Made by a program: the position numbers and the translations under genes
Source: Actinomycetota bacterium
GTDB taxonomy: Bacteria; Actinomycetota; UBA4738; JBBDHU01
Reading direction: 5' to 3'
Length of the DNA stretch: 64,000 bases
Assembly (NCBI GenBank): GCA_040880705.1
Contig: JBBDHU010000007.1
Span: forward strand, 137,246 to 201,245
Notes under the pieces: generated by a model
Told to the model about the DNA's origin: nothing
What the model saw: the letters and a program-made list of their open reading frames with translations, nothing else
Databases searched by the model: none
Shown here: in pieces, positions 57,967 to 64,000 of the stretch
Layout of the letters: every line of letters begins with the position of its first letter
Position numbering within the stretch: the stretch's first letter is position 1

Positions 57967-58938
57967 TCAGCCTTCGTCTCGTCCCCCGTCCCCCGCGCCC
58001 TCCGCCCGATTCTGCACGAACTGCCAGCCGAAGCGACCCTTGATGCAAAGATGCCCGTTGGTAACGTCGTGGTCGATCGGCGAGGTTACTTTCACGATCG
58101 AGTTGTCCTGCACGTGCAGCTCGAGATTGCATCCCACGCCGCAGTACGGGCAGATCGTTTCGGTCACGGTTTGCGCCGACTCGTCCCAAGTGCCTTCCTC
58201 CCTCATGTCGTGCTCGGACTTGAACATCAGCGCGCCGGTCGGGCAGACGCCGATGCAGTTGCCGCAATAGACGCACGCCGACGAAGTCAGGGGAACATCG
58301 AACTCGGTAGTGATGTGCGCGTCGAATCCCCTGCCGCCGACTGCAATCGCGAAGGTGTTCTGAGCGTCGACTCCGCAGGCCTCAACGCACTTGTAACAGA
58401 GGATGCACCGCTCGTAATCGCGAATGTAGAGGTCGTTGTCAATCTTCGTCGGCTGCGCGACCGTCTCGGCGGCGTTACCGTGCGGCTCGTGGTGGTGGCC
58501 GGCGTGCCGCCTGTCGCGCTCTCCGGCATCCGCCGGCGGCCCGGGGGAACCGTAGCGTTCCGGTCGGGCCTCGTATTCGCTCATCCAGCGGTGCACATCA
58601 TCCGAGGTGAGTTCCATGTCGACCGAGGACGCCAGGAATTCCAGGACGAGCCGGCGCGAATGCTTGACGCGCTCGGAGTCGGTCTTGACGACCATTCCGG
58701 GCTCGGCTGCGCGGGAACACGCCGGAACGAGGGTGCGCGACCCCTCCACCTCCACGACGCAAACCCGGCAGACGTTCACCGGCGTGAGGTTGTCCAAATA
58801 ACAAAGGGTCGGGGTGTCGATGCCCTGCGCCTTGCATGCGTCCAGCAGAGTCGAGCCTTCCGGCACGCGAACTTCTTTGCCGTCGATTTCGACGTCCACG
58901 AGCCTTTTCGGCGGCGCGAGTGGGACTACCTGGCTCAA
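57967..58938 (-). CDS. Fe-S subunit of NAD-linked formate dehydrogenase (2Fe-2S, 2x4Fe-4S, molybdopterin-type 4Fe-4S)
   Basis: PTLC..CRVC..PAC; CILCYKCVEAC; CVYCGNCIGVCP; C-terminal TICPYCGVGC...LCIKG. TTG overlaps the upstream stop. Confidence 0.88.
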   Translation of the reverse strand: MSQVVPLAPPKRLVDVEIDGKEVRVPEGSTLLDACKAQGIDTPTLCYLDNLTPVNVCRVCVVEVEGSRTLVPACSRAAEPGMVVKTDSERVKHSRRLVLEFLASSVDMELTSDDVHRWMSEYEARPERYGSPGPPADAGERDRRHAGHHHEPHGNAAETVAQPTKIDNDLYIRDYERCILCYKCVEACGVDAQNTFAIAVGGRGFDAHITTEFDVPLTSSACVYCGNCIGVCPTGALMFKSEHDMREEGTWDESAQTVTETICPYCGVGCNLELHVQDNSIVKVTSPIDHDVTNGHLCIKGRFGWQFVQNRAEGAGDGGRDEG

Positions 58939-60803
58939 CCGTTCTCCCGTCCGTCGAATAACCCGAGGCGGTGCACGGCCGATTGTATTGCCCCGGCGGC
59001 CGTCTGGCCGAGCCCGCAGATCGAGGCGTCCTTCATGACTAGTTCGATCTCCGAGAGGAGGTTCAGTTCGTCGCCGACGGATCCGTTCGTGCTTCCGTTC
59101 AGTATCCGGTGAAGGGCCTCCTCCTGGCGGACGGTCCCGACGCGGCACGGCACGCACTGGCCGCAGGACTCGTCGCGGAAGAACGCCGCGATGCGAACGA
59201 GTATGTCCTTCAGGTCGACCGTGTCGTCAAAAACCATCACGACGCCGGATCCGAGCGTGGCGCCGGCCTCGCGCGCGCCTTCGAACGTGAGCGGCATGTC
59301 GAGCTCGTCCGGCCTTACGAACACACCCGCCGCGCCGCCGAGCAATACCGCTTGCAGGTCCCGCCCGCCGCGAACCCCTCCTGCCATTTCGAGCAGTTCG
59401 CGTAGCGTCGCGCCGAATGAGACCTCGTAGAGCCCGGGCTTCTCCACGCAGCCGCTCAGGCAAAACAGCTTGGGTCCGGTAGAGCCCTCGGTGCCGATAG
59501 CGGCTACCGCCGGTCCGCCTTCCGAAACTATGTCGAGGACGTTGATGAGCGTCTCGACGTTATTCATCGCGGTCGGCTTGTTGAACAGTCCGACGTGTAC
59601 CGGGAAGGGGGGCTTGTTGCGCGGCTCGCCACGCTTTCCCTCGATGGACTCCATCAGCGCGGTTTCTTCGCCGCAGATGTAGGCCCCGGCGCCGCGACGA
59701 ATCTCGATGTCGAAGCGGAAGCCCTCTCCCATCACGTCATCACCGAGGAATCCGCGGCCGCGCGCCTGGTCGATCGCGTTTTGAAGCCTGCGCTGCGCTT
59801 CGGGATATTCGCCACGGATGTAGATATATCCCTGTTCCGATGCCGTAGCATAGGCGCCGATCGTCATCGCCTCGATCACGGCGAACGGGTCCTCCTCCAT
59901 GATCACGCGGTCCTTGAAGGTTCCCGGCTCGGACTCGTCCGCGTTGCAGATGATGTAATGAGGCTGGACTGTTTGCTCGGCGACGGCCTTCCACTTCACG
60001 CCGGTGGGGAAAGCCGCGCCGCCGCGCCCCATCAGCTTCGAGTCGGTGACCTCACGTAACACCCCGGCAGGCCCCAGATCGATGGCGCGGCGAAGCGCCG
60101 AATAGCCGCCGACGGCGCGATAGTCGTCGAGGCTCTCGGCGTCGATCTCGCCGATCCGGCGCAAGAGCCTGAGCCCTTTCGATCCTTGCTGCGGGGTCGA
60201 ACCCGTCACCGACCGGGCTCCATCCGGAGACGACCCGGCCAGCAAGGCCTTGACGCCGTCGGCGGTCGCCGGCGCGACCGATCTGTCGTTGGTTTCCTCG
60301 CCGGCCTCTTGGACAAGAACTGCCGGAGCCTTCTCGCAGAGCCCGAGACACGGGCTTCTCATCCAAGTGGCAGTCCCTCCCGCGGCCGCGGATCCCGGAG
60401 CGCCCACCGACGCTTCCAAATCCGCGCAAAGTTCGTCGGCTCCGGCCGTCTTGCACGCGATGTCGTCGCAGACGTGGACGACAAGGGCGGGACGGGGTTC
60501 CGTGGAGAACATCGCGTAGAAACTCGCGACCCCATATGCCTCAGCCGGCGGAACCGTCAGCCTCTGGCAGACGTAGTTCAGAGCGCCGGGACTGATCCAG
60601 CCAATGCGGCCCTGCACCGCGTGGAGCGCCGGAAGAAGCAGGTGTCGGCGTTCGCGGGCATCCTCGCCCCCGCGCGCGTAGTGACCTTCTAGCTCCGATC
60701 GGCGCTCGCCGCCTTCCCAACCGGTATCAGGAGGCCCGAGCAGATCGTCGACGGCAGCCCGTTCTTCGGGCGTCGCAACGTCTTCGGAGAGGTGAAGATC
60801 CAA
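58935..60803 (-). CDS. NuoE/NuoF fusion diaphorase subunit (FdsG+FdsB-like)
   Basis: CDDIAC...CLGLC; GRGGAAFPTG, NADESEPG, YICGEETAL and ESCGQCVPC...ICGLG. Confidence 0.92.
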   Translation of the reverse strand: MDLHLSEDVATPEERAAVDDLLGPPDTGWEGGERRSELEGHYARGGEDARERRHLLLPALHAVQGRIGWISPGALNYVCQRLTVPPAEAYGVASFYAMFSTEPRPALVVHVCDDIACKTAGADELCADLEASVGAPGSAAAGGTATWMRSPCLGLCEKAPAVLVQEAGEETNDRSVAPATADGVKALLAGSSPDGARSVTGSTPQQGSKGLRLLRRIGEIDAESLDDYRAVGGYSALRRAIDLGPAGVLREVTDSKLMGRGGAAFPTGVKWKAVAEQTVQPHYIICNADESEPGTFKDRVIMEEDPFAVIEAMTIGAYATASEQGYIYIRGEYPEAQRRLQNAIDQARGRGFLGDDVMGEGFRFDIEIRRGAGAYICGEETALMESIEGKRGEPRNKPPFPVHVGLFNKPTAMNNVETLINVLDIVSEGGPAVAAIGTEGSTGPKLFCLSGCVEKPGLYEVSFGATLRELLEMAGGVRGGRDLQAVLLGGAAGVFVRPDELDMPLTFEGAREAGATLGSGVVMVFDDTVDLKDILVRIAAFFRDESCGQCVPCRVGTVRQEEALHRILNGSTNGSVGDELNLLSEIELVMKDASICGLGQTAAGAIQSAVHRLGLFDGRENG

Positions 60804-60815
60804 ATCGGATGAAGC

Positions 60816-62729
60816 CTACCGCGCCGCCGCGGCGTCCAGCTTGTCTATCCGGATGGCGCTCGCCTTGAACTCGGCGGTCCCCGACTTCGGATCGTTCGCT
60901 TCGATCGTAAGGACGTTTACCTCCACCGTGTCGGGGTTGTGAAGCGTCATGAATGCGAGGCCCGGCCGAAGCGAGGTATCGAAACGAACCGGTACCTCGA
61001 GCGACCCGCGCCGCGAGCTGACCTTCACTCGCTCGCCCTCCGCCACGCCGTATCGCTCCCCATCCTCCGGGGAGAGATCGAGGGTCTCCTCGCGCCGAAG
61101 CGGGGACTTGTACCCCTCGGTCTGAACCCCCGTGTTGTAGGAATCCAGCCGTCGCCCGGTCGTGAGGCGAATCGGGAACTCGTCGGAGAGCTCGTCAACC
61201 GGAGGTTCGTACGGCGTGACGGAGATCGGGGCAGGCTCACCACGCTTGTCTTCGTCCTCCTCCCAGAGCCGGGCGTGCAAGAACGGAGAACCGGGATCGT
61301 TCTCGTCCAAGCAGGGCCATTGGATGCCGCCCATCTCCTCGAGACGCTTGTAACTCATGCCGCCGTGCATCGGGGAGAGTTCGCGGACCTCGTTCCAGAC
61401 GTCCTCGGCCTTCGGGCTGCCGAGATCCTTCTCCATCTGTGAACCGATCTCGATGATGATCTCGATGTCGTCGCGGGCCTGCCCGGGCGGCTCCAAGGCC
61501 TTACGAACCCGCTGCACGCGGCGCTCGCTGTTCGTCACCGTCCCTTCGGCCTCACACCAAGAAGCCGACGAGGGGAACACCACGTCGGCCATCTCGGCAG
61601 TCCTCGTCATCAGGAGGTCCTGAACTACCATGAAGTCCAGGTTCTCGAGAAGATGGTTCGCGTGATTCGCGTCGGCTTCGGACTGCGCCGGGTTCTCTCC
61701 GATCACGTACAGGGTCGTCAGGTCCCCGCGCTCCATGGCCTCGAACATTTGTGTCAGGTGCCAGCCGTACTTCGGGATGATCTTGCAGTCCCACTTCTTC
61801 TCGAACTTTTCGCGGGCTTCGGGATTGGTCTCGATGTCCTGGAAACCGGTCAGCTTGTTCGGGATCGCGCCCATGTCGCCGCCGCCCTGAACGTTGTTCT
61901 GTCCGCGGAGCGGGTTCAGACCCGAGCCGTATTTCCCGACATTCCCGGTGATGAGCGCGAGGTTTATCAGTGCCAGCACGTTGTCCACGGCGTTGTGGTG
62001 TTCGGTAATACCCAAGGTCCAGCAGATTTGCGCTCGGTCGGAAGTCGCGTAGGTGTGCGCGACCTCGCGAATAACATCGGCCGGGACTCCCGTGACCGCC
62101 TCACCCTTCTCGAGCGTCCATTCCTCGACTGACGCCCAGTAAGCGTCGATCCCGACGGTCGCGCGCTCGATAAATGTGCGGTTCTCTAGTCCCTCGGCGA
62201 AAATCTCCCGCGCCATCGTGTTGGAAAGCGCGATGTCGGTGCCGACGTCAATTCCGAGCCACACGTCGGCCCACTCGGCCGACGAAGTCCTACGCGGATC
62301 GACGGCGTAGAGCTTCGCCCCGTCCCTCACTCCTTGAAGGACGTGGTGGAAGAAGATCGGGTGCGTCTCACGCGCATTCGAACCCCAAAGGATGATGAGG
62401 TCCGTGTCCTCGATCTCCTTATATGAACTTGTGCCGCCACCTGCTCCGAACGCTGTCGCCAGACCGACGACGGATGGAGCGTGTCAGGTGCGGTTGCAGC
62501 TGTCGATGTTGTTCGTGCCCATGACCGCGCGGGCGAACTTCATGGCCATGAAGTTCATCTCGTTCGAGGCCTTGGAGCAGCTGAACACACCGAACGCCTG
62601 CGGACCGGCCTCGCGTGCCTTCCCGAATCCCTCCGCGGCCCGGCCGAGAGCTTCCTTCCAGCCGGCGGGTCGCAGAGAGCCGTTGTCGCGCACCATCGGC
62701 TCGGTCAGCCGGACGTAGCGCTGCTTCAT
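60816..62729 (-). CDS. fdhA: Selenocysteine-containing formate dehydrogenase catalytic (Mo/W-bis-PGD) subunit, 637 aa
   Basis: ORFs 62484..62729 and 60816..62330 are in the same frame, joined by a single TGA (62484-62486) in NIDSCNRT-U-HAPSV. RGQNNVQG present; SD AAAGGAG. Confidence 0.92.
62438..62483 (-). promoter_or_regulatory. Bacterial SECIS element
   Basis: Immediately 3' of the UGA: GCUCC...GUCGUC-GGUCU-GGCGAC...GGAGC stem-loop with an apical GGU, as in E. coli fdhF. Confidence 0.85.
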
Positions 62730-62782
62730 CCCGGCTCCTTTCCGTGTTTCGTGCTCAGTCTAGCGCGGGGGCAGGCCGCCCT

Positions 62783-63631
62783 CTACGCATCCAGGGAGAT
62801 GCGCTCGGGTTTCGAATAGACGTTGAAGCGGCCGTCGCGGACGAAGCCCACGACCGTCATCCCGAACTCCTCGGCAGCTTGCACGGCGAGGCTCGACGGC
62901 GCCGACACCGCGGAGATGATCGGAACTCCGGCCACCGCGGCCTTTTGGACTATCTCGAAGCTCACGCGACCGGAAACCTGCAGGATCCGGTCCGACAGCG
63001 GCAGGCGGTCGGCGAGCAACGCCTCTCCGATCAGCTTGTCCACCGCGTTGTGTCTGCCGACATCCTCGCGAAGGCCTTGAAGTTCTCCGGTGGGATCGAA
63101 TAGCCCTGCCGCATGCAGGCCCCCGGTTTGCTCGAAGACGCGTTGCGCCTTGCGCAAGGAATCCGGAAGCCCGTTGATCACCGATCCTGCAACCACCGGC
63201 CCGGGCCCGATCGGCTCGCACTTGACTTCGAGTTCCTCGAGCGACGCCTTGCCGCAGATCCCACACGACGAGGAGGTGTAGAAGTTCCTCCTGACCTCTT
63301 CCGGATCGAACGCGCGCGCGAGGCGGACCGTCACGACGTTGTAGTGCTGTTCCTCGGGCTCGAGGTCCTCGCAATAACTAACCTGCGCGAGTTCGGCTTT
63401 CGATCGAATGATTCCCTCCGTGAAGAGGAACCCGGCCGCGAGTTCGAAGTCTCCCGCGGGAGTTCGCATCGTTACCGCGATCGCTTTGGCCTCGTCACCC
63501 GGGCCGCCGACGCGGATCTCCATCGGCTCCTCGGTCGCCAGCCTGTCGGGACGATCGGCGCTTCGGCCGTCGTGGACGGCGACGACCTTCACCCCGGTGA
63601 CGTTTCGCCTCACATCCGCAGGCTCGGCCAT
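62783..63631 (-). CDS. fdhD: Formate dehydrogenase accessory sulfurtransferase
   Basis: EEP, TMRTP, SSCGICG, TGGLHAA, EDVGRHNAVDK, SGRVSFE and SAPSSLA. Confidence 0.95.
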   Translation of the reverse strand: MAEPADVRRNVTGVKVVAVHDGRSADRPDRLATEEPMEIRVGGPGDEAKAIAVTMRTPAGDFELAAGFLFTEGIIRSKAELAQVSYCEDLEPEEQHYNVVTVRLARAFDPEEVRRNFYTSSSCGICGKASLEELEVKCEPIGPGPVVAGSVINGLPDSLRKAQRVFEQTGGLHAAGLFDPTGELQGLREDVGRHNAVDKLIGEALLADRLPLSDRILQVSGRVSFEIVQKAAVAGVPIISAVSAPSSLAVQAAEEFGMTVVGFVRDGRFNVYSKPERISLDA

Positions 63632-63710
63632 CGGAACCATTATCGTCCTGCGGCGGAGCTGCGACATTCAAGCCGTTTGGCGATAAGCCGAAGCTATACT
63701 CCTGGCGCGT

Positions 63711-64000
63711 ATGAAATCCGGACTCGAGATTGCCCAGGAAGCAACTCTGCGCCCGATCCTCGAAGTGGCGGCGGAAGCCGGCCTCGAGGAGGGTGAGGTA
63801 GAGCCTTACGGCAAGTACAGGGCCAAGATCGATCTCTCGGTGCTGGACCGCTTGTCCGACGAGCCCGACGCGAAGGTGGTCATAGTCACCGCGATCACGC
63901 CGACCAAGGCGGGCGAGGGGAAGACCACAACCTCGCTCTCACTGACACAGGGGCTCGGAAAGCTCGGCAAGGACGTGATCCTGGCGCTTCGCGAGCCGTC
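63711..64000 (+). CDS. fhs: Formate--tetrahydrofolate ligase (partial)
   Basis: Manual translation MKSGLEIAQE...EPYGKYRAKID...VTAITPTKAGEGKTTT...LALREP; TATACT at 63695-63700. Confidence 0.93.
   Translation, partial: MKSGLEIAQEATLRPILEVAAEAGLEEGEVEPYGKYRAKIDLSVLDRLSDEPDAKVVIVTAITPTKAGEGKTTTSLSLTQGLGKLGKDVILALREP

Noticed and set aside
58935-60803. Respiratory complex I (nuo) or hydrogenase operon
   Set aside because: No membrane Nuo subunits or hydrogenase large subunit are present; the context (fdhD, fdhA, mobA) indicates an FDH diaphorase module.
62484-62729. 81-aa ORF as a separate gene, or fdhA as a pseudogene
   Set aside because: The TGA sits at the catalytic Sec/Cys position, is followed by a SECIS-like hairpin, and the frame continues without other stops.

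Overview
High-GC chromosomal window. Gene content and the TCGAAC-N4-GTTCGA LexA box point to an actinomycete (inference). I see no CRISPR array, rRNA, tRNA or mobile element. Left to right: (1) a dcw cluster (mraZ, a 40-aa membrane ORF, rsmH, ftsL, ftsI, murE, murF, mraY, partial murD) with four 11-bp-periodic MraZ-type boxes; (2) an HNH nuclease, a structured intergenic RNA candidate and MoxR/DUF58/transglutaminase; (3) a LexA-boxed mutagenesis cassette (small ImuB-C-like/DUF6504 protein, antisense membrane gene, dnaE2, MFS, catalytically intact dinB) with no imuA/imuB; (4) an aminotransferase/ornithine cyclodeaminase pair; (5) a Wzc/Wzy-type glycan locus divergent from UDP-sulfoquinovose synthase; (6) a TPP-riboswitch thiG-thiH-thiS-thiE operon; (7) a PASTA kinase, Cu-ATPase, DmdA-like THF methyltransferase, PPi-type PFK and ABC system; (8) a selenocysteine-containing, split NAD-linked formate dehydrogenase run (fdhD, fdhA[Sec], nuoEF-like, FeS, mobA) continuing into an arginine-synthetase-like gene and carbamate kinase, divergent from fhs. 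The most promising leads are the ImuA/ImuB-less mutasome, the split Sec-FDH with its linked arcE-like/arcC/fhs genes, and the unexplained small ORFs and RNA structures. All family calls come from motif recognition by eye, not from database searches.
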